From positions 4,041-68,040 of IMG/VR virus record IMGVR_UViG_3300034101_003860: a DNA stretch of 64,000 nucleotides; one strand, 5' to 3'. Below the pieces are notes generated by a model. The model searched no databases and was not told where the DNA came from. It saw only the letters and a list, made by a program, of their open reading frames with translations. Shown here piece after piece: positions 32,601-40,672 of this stretch. Each line of letters starts with the position of its first letter. Position 1 is the first letter of the stretch. The DNA comes from a virus. The position numbers and the translations under genes are program-made.

Positions 32601-35600
32601 AGGTCCATATAAACTAGCTAGTCCAAACTTAAGACCTTTTCCCGTAGCAGCTTGTTCATTGAGTTGTTTTTGTCCTGCTTGTTGTGCTTTCTCAGCCTCT
32701 TTTTTTTCTTCTGCTTGTTTTAATAAAGGTTCAATAATTTTTTCTAATAAGGAACCATTATCTAAAGATTTTAATGAGGGAAGTGTTAATAGTTGTTTCG
32801 CGGTGCCTACTTTTGGCATCACCGCTCTAGCTTTTGCTACGGCTTTTTGAATTTCATCATAAGAAACATTTGCAGTAATATAACCACTACCACCAACTTT
32901 TTGTATTCTATCAAGAATTTGTTGTGAAATTTTTCCAACAGGAGTTTCTACACCACCAACTGATCCGGCCATAAATTTTTGTACTAATCCGCCATTAGCA
33001 AAATTTTTAGATTCTGGAATAGCTTGTCTCATAGCCCAAGCAAAATGAGATGCTCTACCAGTAACGGTTGGAAGAATATCTTTTTGATAATCTTTAGCTT
33101 CTTGTATAGCATTGCTAGCTTTTACAATTTTATCAAGAACGCTCTTGCGAAGTTTCTCGTCTTGAGTTTCTGATAACTCTTTTTCTAAAGATTTTCTGAA
33201 AGCAATAAGTCTCTCTGGAATATCTGGAATTTCATCTAGTAATGGTTTACCAGATATAAACTCTCCACTTTTAGCAGATTGTTCAAATCGTTTTAAGAAT
33301 CCGCCTTTTGTACCTGAATCTTTTTGATATCTGGCTATGGTTGCTTCTAAAACTTCCTTCGGTGCTCGCGGAGCTTGTTCAGCATACTTTAACAAGACAT
33401 CCATAGGGACATTTTCTAAGCTAGATGAATCAACTCCGCCTGCTGTAGCAACCATTTTGCGCAAAGTTCTGGCGTCCATCTTTCTATGTACAGAGGCTTT
33501 AATTTTTTGTTCAGAGGCGAACGGAGATATTTTTTCTCTCCAAAAGCCTTTTTTGCCTAAATAAGTTGTTAATTCAGATTCTAGTTCTGGTACTATTCTT
33601 TCTTGTGGTACTTCAACAAACTCATTCCCGATAACCATACCAGCACCAGCAGTACTAAATATATCATATGCTTGATCCTTAGCGTATCGTATTAGATCTT
33701 CTGTGCTAAGTTTATAGATTTCTTCTTGTGTTAATTCTTTGAACTTGCTACGAGCGCCCCGGGCTCCAGTTTTACCTCTCCCTTTACCGCTAGGAACATT
33801 AACGCCACCGACCGATCCAGCCATAAATTTTTGTACTATCCCACCCAAACTTAATGGAACATCAAAAGATGTATCTTCTCCTTCTTCAAATACTACTGCT
33901 CCGAAATTTTTTCTATTTTTTTCTCCCCCTGTAGCGCGATCTAGATATTTCTGAATTTTAGGTTGAAATAATTCTGGAGTTGCTCGATTTTTAGATAGTC
34001 TGGCATCTGTTGGCAAACCTATCAATTTGGTATTATCAAAAGCAGGAACATTACCTGGCCAATTACTATAATCGAAAGTTCCTCCAGCGCTTTCTTTAGT
34101 ACCTCTTGGTTTAGACCTTCTAAGAGTTTGTTCTAATAAAGAACCTTTAACACTTCTATATAATCTAAAGTTTTGAATAGAGGATTTTGTTTCATCTATT
34201 CCTTTTTTACCAGGAGGTAAGAATTGTGATTTACCTTTATTTACTATGTCTGCTAATCCTTGGTCAAGATAATCTGTATTAATAAATCCTGGCTCAGCAT
34301 AATCGACAAAGACTTTTGCCTTACCTCCTTTAGCTAGTTTATTCATTTTAGCTAAATTGCCTCTTCCGTATTTTTGAGCAGCTTGGTTGTTGATCACAAC
34401 CTCTCCGGGTTCTAGCATAGCAGGAACCTTATCTCCCTTTCCACTGCCTGGAACAATACCCCCCTTATTAAATCCTAATACCTTACCCCCACCTCTCAGA
34501 GTTGATGATCCTCTAGATCTCATGGTACTATCTAAACTTTGTACTGCTGATGTTAATGTTTTTAGAGCATCTGTATTTAATCTAATAGCATCTGCTGCTT
34601 TTGCTGTTACTTCTGCTCTTTGCTTCTCTTTAGCCCCACTTAAACTTTCTCCAATATTTTGACCAGCACCACCAGCGCCACCACCCTTTTTCAGACCGCC
34701 AAAAAAACCTGTGGCAAATTGCCCGATGGCGCTTACTCCTTTAATAGCTCCAAATACAGCTAAGATTGGCAATATTGGCTTAAATGCGCTCGCAAGACTG
34801 AGCAAGCCGCTAGTTAAACCAACCACGATTTTGAAAAATCCTTGAAAAACAGTGCTTTGCCCAACCTCACGAATCAAACCTAAAAATTGTTCACGAACTT
34901 TTGCTATTTGATTAGCTAAGCTTTGTTGTGCTTTTATCTGAGCGTCTGTTAAGCTGCTTTGTCCTCTTTGAGCAACACCCAAAGCTTGTTGTGCTACTGC
35001 AAATTGTTGAATTAAAGGAATGACTTTACCGATTTGTCTAAATCCACCAAGTTCTTCTACTATTGTTGAAAATCGAATATCTCTGGGATCTAATTGATTA
35101 AGAGCATCACTAAGTCTTCTAATAGCTTCAAACGGACCAACGAACTTGCCTTCAAGATCTTGTAGTTCCACACCAAATTGTTTTAGTTGTTGGATAGTGC
35201 TACTTCTTTGAATTCTTGTAAAAATTGTTCTTAAGCCGGTAGCAATAGTCTCTGCACTTTCACGAGTAGTTTGACGAACACTAGTAAAAATAGCAATAAA
35301 CTCATTTAGAGCATCGGTACCTTCGCTAACTCCTTTACTAGCACTAGCGAACACACCACCAGTACGCTGAATAGCAGCAATAATATCTCCAGATTCAACA
35401 GCGAACGCTGCTGCAACAGCATTGATACTACCTAGTGCTGCTTCTAGCTCTCCTGCTTCTAATCCGAACTGTCTAATCGCAGCAATGGCACCTTCTGTGG
35501 TTTTAGTTAGGCTTTCGAAAGATGGAGCCAGTTCTGTCTTAGCCAAAGCTTTAAGCGCTATTCTGGTTTCTTCCACACTCAAACCCGCCTGGGCTAATGT

Positions 35601-36212
35601 TGAGGTAACTTCTAATAGTGCTGTGCTACTCACTCCCAAACTTATTGCTAAATTTGTAATTTCGTCTTGTAGAATTTTTACACCCGTTGCTCCTCGACCA
35701 GTAACTTGTTGTAGTCTCACAAGTTCTTTGTCAAAATTTATAAATTCTTTAAAAGCACCAGTGACAGCATTTGTTAAAGCAAATATTCCTGTAGTAACCA
35801 CAGAGAACGCCGCAAAACGACGAATAGCAAGAGCACTCTGCTTACCAAATTCTTCCATTTCTGTTCTAGCTACTTTAATGTCTTTAGCAACCTTTTCAAT
35901 ATTTTGAGAAGTTTTTCTAACGCCTCCAGCAGCAGCATTACTAGATGTTTGTACTGATCCCAAAGAACTAGACATATCTCTCAATGTTTGATTTAGACTA
36001 GTGGCATTACTTCTTACACTAACTAATACTTTATTCATAGCAGCAAGTCTATTAGTAGCTGTATCTATAGACTTCAGTGCTTTATTATCTATATTAAGAG
36101 AAATATCAGTATTAACAGAACCTAGCTGTTTTCTAATTTGACTAACAATCGGTTTAAGATTTGTTGGTCCTCTTAAATTAATTTGTGCAGTAAGGTTGAA
36201 AGGTGATGCCAT
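23643..36212 (-). CDS. giant tape measure protein with internal enzyme-like cargo domains
   Basis: N-terminal TP901-type TMP core (TTRESAETIATGLRTIFTRI), Ala/Gln/Lys-rich helices, Gly-rich hydrophobic segments; internal HAD, GNAT and HExxH motifs. Confidence 0.9.
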   Translation of the reverse strand: MASPFNLTAQINLRGPTNLKPIVSQIRKQLGSVNTDISLNIDNKALKSIDTATNRLAAMNKVLVSVRSNATSLNQTLRDMSSSLGSVQTSSNAAAGGVRKTSQNIEKVAKDIKVARTEMEEFGKQSALAIRRFAAFSVVTTGIFALTNAVTGAFKEFINFDKELVRLQQVTGRGATGVKILQDEITNLAISLGVSSTALLEVTSTLAQAGLSVEETRIALKALAKTELAPSFESLTKTTEGAIAAIRQFGLEAGELEAALGSINAVAAAFAVESGDIIAAIQRTGGVFASASKGVSEGTDALNEFIAIFTSVRQTTRESAETIATGLRTIFTRIQRSSTIQQLKQFGVELQDLEGKFVGPFEAIRRLSDALNQLDPRDIRFSTIVEELGGFRQIGKVIPLIQQFAVAQQALGVAQRGQSSLTDAQIKAQQSLANQIAKVREQFLGLIREVGQSTVFQGFFKIVVGLTSGLLSLASAFKPILPILAVFGAIKGVSAIGQFATGFFGGLKKGGGAGGAGQNIGESLSGAKEKQRAEVTAKAADAIRLNTDALKTLTSAVQSLDSTMRSRGSSTLRGGGKVLGFNKGGIVPGSGKGDKVPAMLEPGEVVINNQAAQKYGRGNLAKMNKLAKGGKAKVFVDYAEPGFINTDYLDQGLADIVNKGKSQFLPPGKKGIDETKSSIQNFRLYRSVKGSLLEQTLRRSKPRGTKESAGGTFDYSNWPGNVPAFDNTKLIGLPTDARLSKNRATPELFQPKIQKYLDRATGGEKNRKNFGAVVFEEGEDTSFDVPLSLGGIVQKFMAGSVGGVNVPSGKGRGKTGARGARSKFKELTQEEIYKLSTEDLIRYAKDQAYDIFSTAGAGMVIGNEFVEVPQERIVPELESELTTYLGKKGFWREKISPFASEQKIKASVHRKMDARTLRKMVATAGGVDSSSLENVPMDVLLKYAEQAPRAPKEVLEATIARYQKDSGTKGGFLKRFEQSAKSGEFISGKPLLDEIPDIPERLIAFRKSLEKELSETQDEKLRKSVLDKIVKASNAIQEAKDYQKDILPTVTGRASHFAWAMRQAIPESKNFANGGLVQKFMAGSVGGVETPVGKISQQILDRIQKVGGSGYITANVSYDEIQKAVAKARAVMPKVGTAKQLLTLPSLKSLDNGSLLEKIIEPLLKQAEEKKEAEKAQQAGQKQLNEQAATGKGLKFGLASLYGPNGELGYSNITSAKELLGKDGSTKYLTQLVRKSLPTRYADAVSKIQQDIAGLPARGAEQFQYTDIFGAIGPLAFDFDETLVKDADIPGKKNEDYSDLKKVRDSLQNSKLTLLGKELAKRLIDYPELMDKIRVLTARPQSNAPLLASKLSSLGLPIPESKITGVSGGLNKVDNLAELETLVDDNLENIGAVTGAGKLGYLYREPQNISAANQSSNRAIAAMEGYGLEEIVKQLGIGISSDDANPLRPIDYPSGLGYAANTWGIDPKMPTDTKRTNDSSAVSRLWAEAQKYIVQNFAFGGKADGPGFEEIKQQIIDKYPEIQFRISKRKRAFGYNLMGALKSKGGLSGDSGLNFQQPGNLKQLQAYSDKLAAKLMNPEQLAAGGLLAEPVQSTSSQTQKNFGKVALRTGNRIQATYIKEGEAAAARSGQVIADSIGGGLYAVQSSSATKGYGPKLYDIVMEAATAAGGMLTSDRRTVSDAAKSVWAYYFNNRSDVKKTPLNPENWVSNSRLLDEKLYGPPDTWPSATDPAWILQSGYSKSPSDINNPNLVQKLAGGGSSGTVPAMVSNGEAFVPPKVAKKIGYAKLDKMNQADRNGMKGFAGGGISVFNGPGSGTSDSIGPIGLPTGSYVIREKATKALGLNKGGSVGVRKFFKGGQNKKDAKRAQGEILQDVEQAGAVLAQIMAQLPDQIREVLLKKFKGLKDLEPGESLMGGTPAFTENTRGQAASSESAAAIGLKITGKKGGATTETVAHETGHLADFELGGGKAASEIEGTFQFELVAKIRKQMEEAFIAAGESSNRINDYLLRGKELFAEFFAKASPEVRAIITSTTDAKTGMAELAKTLGETGYTYAGLEASDIDTSASTPKPQPPLPIIPPSGLPPAPPSGPSFVFPPSPPDPPNDKQKKPKPQQEGRLSKEERKKRKEAYTAKSREGGLTREEARAVGVVREDFGGSSTIDPVSSKVLKYREESAQKQEKAALDELKAATEAQDAAKKQLEEAKKRKQNLGKSSTQTERQTAKDAVKAAETQLGETQSRKSQATNKVAEARQKAVDVEEAKKAATVSTNTPDANKEKAKSDLQKTADQEVADAMEQVRKNVTQKYQDILQTEVDNIRAFYATRIAAAGKNSKEEANLIQQQRSAIADTKASIEAAQTGEIKTEQAKVPEQIATSKRQQVEQLRETKARAADPFYDAKKAADASATGMSGMPKVNEQIRQEQQQFFAYKAEKAGKTVGGFRQDLTKQIGTQAYAIGQERQFAKTEAQTTFAGRARELQGVDVAKATAEGATGEEASKVQNIIEEFAASLRKVDPNLGLGEARKAATKLAEGLAKGDQSVKQIIEANSELQAVFNKTFTETQNLDEAFKRVAEAAGLSEQSLRAEISPQKIKEQQFISSKEGQRFGGLAEFAPGLTEKFSKTRIGKGLGAGADFISGKGGKLSRAFAGAGGFTGIGAGVATGAEALKQFLPKSVTSDPNTAGALGALGGAGSGAAIGAQLGSFAGPIGTLIGGVGGAIIGGIQGFFSGKNQAILTNALENIAKTTGDLDQAFKKLESEASAVNLENAQKAFGDVLAAGQPIEDLAFSKTGVESIGSTFTGGVDKVSTGFAEGDISKIVLGGLQTAFGATGGGLLVDYFSAPSEAQRTEAIGSMVGGAGQRNESAARLAESGLKFKSTEEVGKIFDNIKTGTGELNPITEQYIQGALKAAEAANGTKQLTAEQTKSITVQAKERAALDAYMKKRKESGATDEQIAKEISSNRGAAQKEGEEALKTQGELAAKQDLLAKATKQVAIATESLLDVYRRIGAEAQRYSDELDQFSSDVNALVSGLGGDTSTREVNRTNEQVLGNVSAYSTEEVRAAANATAGFLGGTPEAQNLANQAVGQKLVQDQIPALLRTAGKDTDAQDNALEAVKNLLSSQGLEGSAIDTILGDLKNELAKGQGLSEAELQDTVTKSFSTVGKGLEQLQNVTKKYNDTLQQARKFQADYNKAILESGSYLRKADQVRLNAELDLAKALGRSPSLEELNKPFDAEISSLTGGLVQSGDLAAGASSDPTAIAAAITSAEKRKQAIEKASPELTAAGANIPAGPAGDPLRQQLNQAQLENIQAVGELTVASAEGRQALEKLANDGTKAANALGKIQEQQQAIEGFADFAQKVFTAEPQELAKMELQAVALNAAQVSGPEFFESRQNRQNAFAGLEQERGFMTKDEYNQTRASLIRKSFESQINPATGQAFKGTDVVKNIAGKDITLDELTKRLEGGIDETDPNVIAYREATEIQAQANIELGKIYQTQSEILAAAMMDLGKKLTEDFPNIVANAAANAQTDAQTKPEVKPEKKPPEPSYAETRVSEGQAQIDQGQTLLNEAKKDRDKLGYFSSSEEVRAVNTKERKAKQMIAGGKETVSQFGPLAAKDKAVREMETSLEAQRAYWAKAEEKTKQTEANKVKAQDAIDRAVQTREGGRPVATDGSGRVAAGTVAKPSAQVVIPSQTKVEVAGVPKAPIQAPPAPGTEQPVKDKATRQKEEAKKAAAAEIKNLEPLIADRQKEIAKRENKLKAARIAAMGAGTLKDKSGQVVNPNVLGAQSSLDASKEALVVQQAELAKQKQILAEQSKTAEEKQGQVTSQPSPLDAAQVSGPVAEGKTDTEVKSATEGVQTSVAQLQSPLDLVAQMATAALQSGSIYTHDVGLQERLDVLLESMNTLGSLASGEPGLAVSDAKVLEALNNLQAPFAALEQMAIASLSEGINTKDATLAAIASVFTPAINQVSAGVSALLAPINAISPVIATALDVIATPIKAIAGAFGVEMSTGQALQTAMGPAGALGSYVAGNAVGAIQNMATPQPQVSDKPITPNRLELANANAANRVVSAPVPVTMPPQASFINQQTTTQQIPSTTPTEGQLLTIDPTSIEKLNTFNTNFASYVDKLVTFEFPTIPDVIEMRGNHVVDVRISGAAAFEGLKKDFETMMQSEIKKAMGKIWDKTGGAMGASPNS

Positions 36213-36227
36213 TTAATTTGTCCTATT

Positions 36228-36266
36228 AAAAAATATCCCCACAATACCATAAGTAGAGTGGGGATA
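36228..36266 (-). terminator. terminator-like hairpin upstream of tape measure
   Basis: TATCCCCAC-loop-GTGGGGATA followed by T run on minus strand. Confidence 0.55.
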
Positions 36267-36270
36267 ATAT

Positions 36271-36282
36271 ATTATATACACA
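36271..36282 (-). promoter_or_regulatory. candidate late promoter (TGTGTATATAAT)
   Basis: GTGTAT motif recurring upstream of structural genes. Confidence 0.6.
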
Positions 36283-36292
36283 ATAATGTTGG

Positions 36293-37162
36293 TTATTCTG
36301 ACTTAGCAGATTCTTCTGATTGAGTTTTGGGTTCATCCTTTTCCTCAGTCTTTTTGCTTGATTCATTTTCAACAACAACTGGTTTTCCATTATCGTCTAA
36401 AAATGGACTAAACTCAACAACATAATCACCCTTATCATCAACTAAATTACCATTTTTATCAATGAATTGTCCTTTTTCGTTGATAAATCTGCCATTTTCA
36501 TCTATTAGTCTGCCTTTTTCATCAACCAATTTGCCTTCACTATTAATTAGTCTTAACTTGCTATCAACAAACTTATACTGCTTTAAGAATTTATTCTCTG
36601 GCAACTTTTCTTCGTAATCATTTTCCAAACCATACAACATACCGGCTAAATTTTGTGCTGCTAATAGAGCCACAGGATCTGCGGATCTATTATTATAATC
36701 CTCATAATTTTTAAAATATGATTCTTTACTATCATTATACACCGTACAGGCTGAAACCAAGTAATTAAATCTAGCATTATCAGCTTGACCTTCTGCTGTA
36801 TGAGTATCTAAATTAGTTTTAACAGATATTAGATCTCTAACTTCTTCTCGGGTTTTTCTCATCTGTAAAGCAAGTTCTTTGGCCTGTTTTAGAGGTATAC
36901 CTCCTTTGGCTAATTTTCTTTCATTATCTAGAATTTGATTTTGTAGTTCTGTGAACTTAGCCTGTTTTTGATTATCCCATAATCCTTGATCTACTAAAAG
37001 ATCGTCTAGTTTTGCTCTAACAACAGCTTTAGCTTTTAAGGCTTCGCTAAAACTTTGATTATAGATTTTAGACGCTTCTCTTTGATCTTGTAAGGATGGA
37101 GACCTGACCATGAACTCGACTTCTTTATTATCAATAAACGCTTTGAAATTTCTAGTTTTCAT
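36293..37162 (-). CDS. putative tail assembly chaperone with 7-aa repeats
   Basis: Between tail tube and TMP; LVDEKGR/LIDENGR/FINEKGQ/FIDKNGN/LVDDKGD repeats. Confidence 0.6.
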   Translation of the reverse strand: MKTRNFKAFIDNKEVEFMVRSPSLQDQREASKIYNQSFSEALKAKAVVRAKLDDLLVDQGLWDNQKQAKFTELQNQILDNERKLAKGGIPLKQAKELALQMRKTREEVRDLISVKTNLDTHTAEGQADNARFNYLVSACTVYNDSKESYFKNYEDYNNRSADPVALLAAQNLAGMLYGLENDYEEKLPENKFLKQYKFVDSKLRLINSEGKLVDEKGRLIDENGRFINEKGQFIDKNGNLVDDKGDYVVEFSPFLDDNGKPVVVENESSKKTEEKDEPKTQSEESAKSE

Positions 37163-37452
37163 AATTGTTCCTCGTTTCTATTATTTCTCTGATTAAATTT
37201 GTATTTATATTTGATGGTAGAGTGACCAAGATCTGAAATAGCTTTTCGCAATTGATTATTGCCATTATTTAATATTTGATTTCTAACCATATCCCATCTA
37301 TCTAAAAAATCTAATTCTTTGTCTGTTAATTCTTGTTCGTTTTTATCTTGACCCCACAAATATCCAAATGCTTTTTCAAACTCAAATAAGGCTCCTATCA
37401 TTGTTGTTTGAAACCTTTTAGTTAATATTAATTTTTCTATATCTGTCATCAT
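37159..37452 (-). CDS. hypothetical protein
   Basis: ORF coupled to neighbours. Confidence 0.7.
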   Translation of the reverse strand: MMTDIEKLILTKRFQTTMIGALFEFEKAFGYLWGQDKNEQELTDKELDFLDRWDMVRNQILNNGNNQLRKAISDLGHSTIKYKYKFNQRNNRNEEQL

Positions 37453-38501
37453 GATTTCCTAGAATTTTTAAATTGTTGATTAGATTGGACTACTAGATTT
37501 CTTCTAACGTCCGGGAGTTCTGTTTCGTTTAGCTCTTTACCCGTTTGTGCTAATATGGTTTGTCTTTCTTTAATTGTATGTCTGGCATTTGGATCATTAA
37601 GGTCAAAAATATTACTAGCTTCTTCTTTAGATTTTGCCATAACAAAGATTTCACCAGCTTTATCTAATTTTTTACCCTCAAGTAATTTTTCTGTTCTGTT
37701 TTTATTTCTAAGTTTTTCATTTTCTTTACGCTGAACAATCATCCATCCGTCAAACATATCATCATCTTCGAACACAGAATCTGGTGGACATTCTGGATGC
37801 TCCATAGCAGCATCATACATTTTGGTTAAAATGACCAGAGTTCTTTGTTCGTCCGTCCAATTTATTGTTGATCTATCAAATAGATTTTCTTTATTTGCAG
37901 ACCAAAAGTTTTTCCACACATCGCTTCTAGCTATGCTCCTAAACACACTAACATCAATTATGTTTTCTGATATAGCTAACGATAACTCATTTAATGATCT
38001 ATAATCAGCATCCTCGTAGCAAGAAAAAATTTTATTATTTTCACAATCAAATATACTATTTACAAGTATATAATTATTTTTAACCGACTGAATAAATCCT
38101 TCTACCGTATATTGATCTAGTGAGTGTCTAATACTATATAATTTATTATATGAGCCAACAGTATTTAATAGTGTTCTTTTTATACTTTTAATTTTAGATG
38201 GATTTAAAAAGTTTTTATATAGATCTATTTTCAAATTATCTATTTGTTCCTCTAGCTTTTTAAGATTATCATCTCCTCCATAAGACCATAATCCTATATT
38301 AACTAAATAGTCTACTATGTCTGATTCCTGGATCCATTCATTAAATTTATTTTTATCAAATTCTTCTTGAGCTAATAATTCTGCTTGATACTTTATATCC
38401 GTATTTGGATATATAAGTTTATATTTAATATTATTATATATAAATATGTAATATCCAGATAGTATTCTAGATACATACATACCAAGCAATCTTTGATCCA
38501 T
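37449..38501 (-). CDS. hypothetical protein, possible tail assembly chaperone
   Basis: Position after tail tube; MEHPECPPDSVFEDDDMFDGW. Confidence 0.55.
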   Translation of the reverse strand: MDQRLLGMYVSRILSGYYIFIYNNIKYKLIYPNTDIKYQAELLAQEEFDKNKFNEWIQESDIVDYLVNIGLWSYGGDDNLKKLEEQIDNLKIDLYKNFLNPSKIKSIKRTLLNTVGSYNKLYSIRHSLDQYTVEGFIQSVKNNYILVNSIFDCENNKIFSCYEDADYRSLNELSLAISENIIDVSVFRSIARSDVWKNFWSANKENLFDRSTINWTDEQRTLVILTKMYDAAMEHPECPPDSVFEDDDMFDGWMIVQRKENEKLRNKNRTEKLLEGKKLDKAGEIFVMAKSKEEASNIFDLNDPNARHTIKERQTILAQTGKELNETELPDVRRNLVVQSNQQFKNSRKS

Positions 38502-38540
38502 AATCCTATGTATTAATCCGTTATCCGATTATTGACTAAA

Positions 38541-39653
38541 CTAAGCTGGAGTATATGTACTATTAGCAAGACTAGCGTAGAAACCGGCATCTGAGCCAGA
38601 ATGTGCAACAACAAAGTCATTAAAAGTACTATAACTATAAGTTACGCTAACATTACCACCGCCGGTGTCTCCACCAGTGTAATTAACACTTGTTAACTTA
38701 TTCTTTGTGCCAAGATAAATTCTTGTACCTTCGCAACTCTCAATAAAGATAGTTTCGTCAACAAGATTATGACGAGCATTGCACTGTGCGGTGTTTGTTG
38801 GGGCCACAGTGGTGCCTGTCAAGCCTAGGTAGTAACCGTCTTCTGTAGCATTAATCATATCCCCAGTAATAGCAGCAACTTCGAATTCGCAAGTAACTTC
38901 GACTGGGAATGTAACATAACGATGATAAGGAGCGTATGTGCCTAGTTCGTTGATTGCTTCACGACCAAAATCACAACTTACTGTGATATTTTGTAAATGT
39001 GCAGCAAAACCACTACCGTTACCTATAGCGTTGTTTGTACCACTACTACTAATACCAGGAATTTGTGTTGGAAAACGACAGGCACTCATGTTGAGATACT
39101 TTCTACGACCAACACCACTTGCAGATTCGGGTTCGTCTGTGTTATCAAACGCACCAGATGAAGTAGTTCCCCAAACCTTGTTATTGCCCACTAGTGTCAC
39201 ATCTTCTGTAAAATTACCATCCACAGGAAAAGTATAACTAACACTACTAACATACATACCAGAGCATACTAGATCAGTAAAAGATGTTCCACTAGCACTA
39301 ATGTTGGTGTCTGGGAAAATGGATAATCTCATATCTGTACGAGCATTTTGACGGCCAGGAATGGTGGGATTAGAAGCAACTAATCCAGCGCCCACACTAG
39401 AGCCAGTTTCTGTAGCTAAGGTATAGATTAATGGATAACCGTCTAATACTTTATTAAGAGTAACCTCAATATCTGGTACTTCTTCAACGTTTTGATAAAT
39501 AGCAAGTTGACCCATTTCGAATACTTGCTCTAGATTAAAATTAGTAGTAATTCCTAATGTTTGAAGGCCGTGAATAGGAGTTTGGGTAGCAGCATTAGCA
39601 GCGGGGCCTACTTTAACTTGTTGAATTGCGTAGTAAATACGATTATTAGCCAT
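38541..39653 (-). CDS. major tail tube protein
   Basis: MANNRIYY start, strong GGAG RBS, beta-rich with TNFNLEQVFEMGQL and REAINELG halves; position. Confidence 0.75.
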   Translation of the reverse strand: MANNRIYYAIQQVKVGPAANAATQTPIHGLQTLGITTNFNLEQVFEMGQLAIYQNVEEVPDIEVTLNKVLDGYPLIYTLATETGSSVGAGLVASNPTIPGRQNARTDMRLSIFPDTNISASGTSFTDLVCSGMYVSSVSYTFPVDGNFTEDVTLVGNNKVWGTTSSGAFDNTDEPESASGVGRRKYLNMSACRFPTQIPGISSSGTNNAIGNGSGFAAHLQNITVSCDFGREAINELGTYAPYHRYVTFPVEVTCEFEVAAITGDMINATEDGYYLGLTGTTVAPTNTAQCNARHNLVDETIFIESCEGTRIYLGTKNKLTSVNYTGGDTGGGNVSVTYSYSTFNDFVVAHSGSDAGFYASLANSTYTPA

Positions 39654-39694
39654 AATTAATCTCCATTTAAACTATATGTATTTTCGGGCTATGT

Positions 39695-39705
39695 TCTTAT
39701 ACACC
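39695..39705 (-). promoter_or_regulatory. candidate late promoter (GGTGTATAAGA)
   Basis: GTGTAT motif about 45 nt upstream of tail tube gene. Confidence 0.6.
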
Positions 39706-39718
39706 CAATTTTTTAAAA

Positions 39719-40672
39719 TCATGTAGAAATTATTTCCAGAGTTAGTCTAGCTGCTCCTTGATGCAAATTGATATGTTTAGAGTCTAATTCTATCAAATTA
39801 ATATTTTTAATAAAACATTTTCTCCAAGAATATTGAGATATTAAGTCTGGATACATTAAAGCATTATTTTTAATATCTCCATTATAATCTAGAGGAAAAT
39901 CATCATTTTGACTAACGCTATTCGTATCAAATAAAGATAAAGTACTATCTTGTTGGAGTCGGATTATATCTAATAACTTATTTCGATCATTTTTATTTTC
40001 GCTTAAAATATATAGCACTATATCTTGTTCTAGCCATAAAAGACTATTGCCTAGTTCATACGGTCTTGATCTAGATGATGGAATACTCTCTATTATTATA
40101 CATGGGAGTTGTATTCTGTGGTAGGAGCCTATAGACCACTCTCCTGATTCATTCTGATTTATATCCAAATTACCAGTATTAAAAGAGCTATATTGTATAA
40201 GATTAAACCAGGGTGATTCTGATGATCTTAGTACTTGCACAAATCTATAGCTATAATCTAATTCTACATTAGCGTTTTTAGATATAGGAGTATAGAATAT
40301 TATTCTGCCATTTGGATAGTCTACAAAAAAATTATTATTTTTATTTACAACCGATCCATTCACTAGAACACTACCTATAGAGATAGGACTAGTAGAGTTG
40401 TAAAAAGAACCAGTTTCCCAAACCCAATCCTTTCTGATACTTTGCCAAACAGAACCATCTGGATAAGATGGGTCTTCTACGTGACGAAGCTTATAGTGGT
40501 TATTGGTTCCGTATAGTGTTTCTTGAGGTTTAACAACATCAAACCAAGATCCTATCTTGAGAAAAGACCAGTCTAAATACATTTTAAAATTAGCTTCTAA
40601 AATATTAAGCAGTAGGTCTTGCGATATATTGTCTACTCCCTTAAAACAACTATTAAAATCGCAACTACTCAT
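39719..40672 (-). CDS. putative tail terminator/neck protein
   Basis: Position; QLPCIIIE..SRPYELG; VDYPNGRIIF beta insert. Confidence 0.55.
   Translation of the reverse strand: MSSCDFNSCFKGVDNISQDLLLNILEANFKMYLDWSFLKIGSWFDVVKPQETLYGTNNHYKLRHVEDPSYPDGSVWQSIRKDWVWETGSFYNSTSPISIGSVLVNGSVVNKNNNFFVDYPNGRIIFYTPISKNANVELDYSYRFVQVLRSSESPWFNLIQYSSFNTGNLDINQNESGEWSIGSYHRIQLPCIIIESIPSSRSRPYELGNSLLWLEQDIVLYILSENKNDRNKLLDIIRLQQDSTLSLFDTNSVSQNDDFPLDYNGDIKNNALMYPDLISQYSWRKCFIKNINLIELDSKHINLHQGAARLTLEIIST

Noticed and set aside
24376-35907. Plus-strand ORFs inside the tape measure gene
   Set aside because: Antisense shadows without RBS or recognisable motifs
36293-38501. Programmed frameshift in tail chaperones
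   Set aside because: The three ORFs are separately started with ATGA-type overlaps; no convincing slippery site identified
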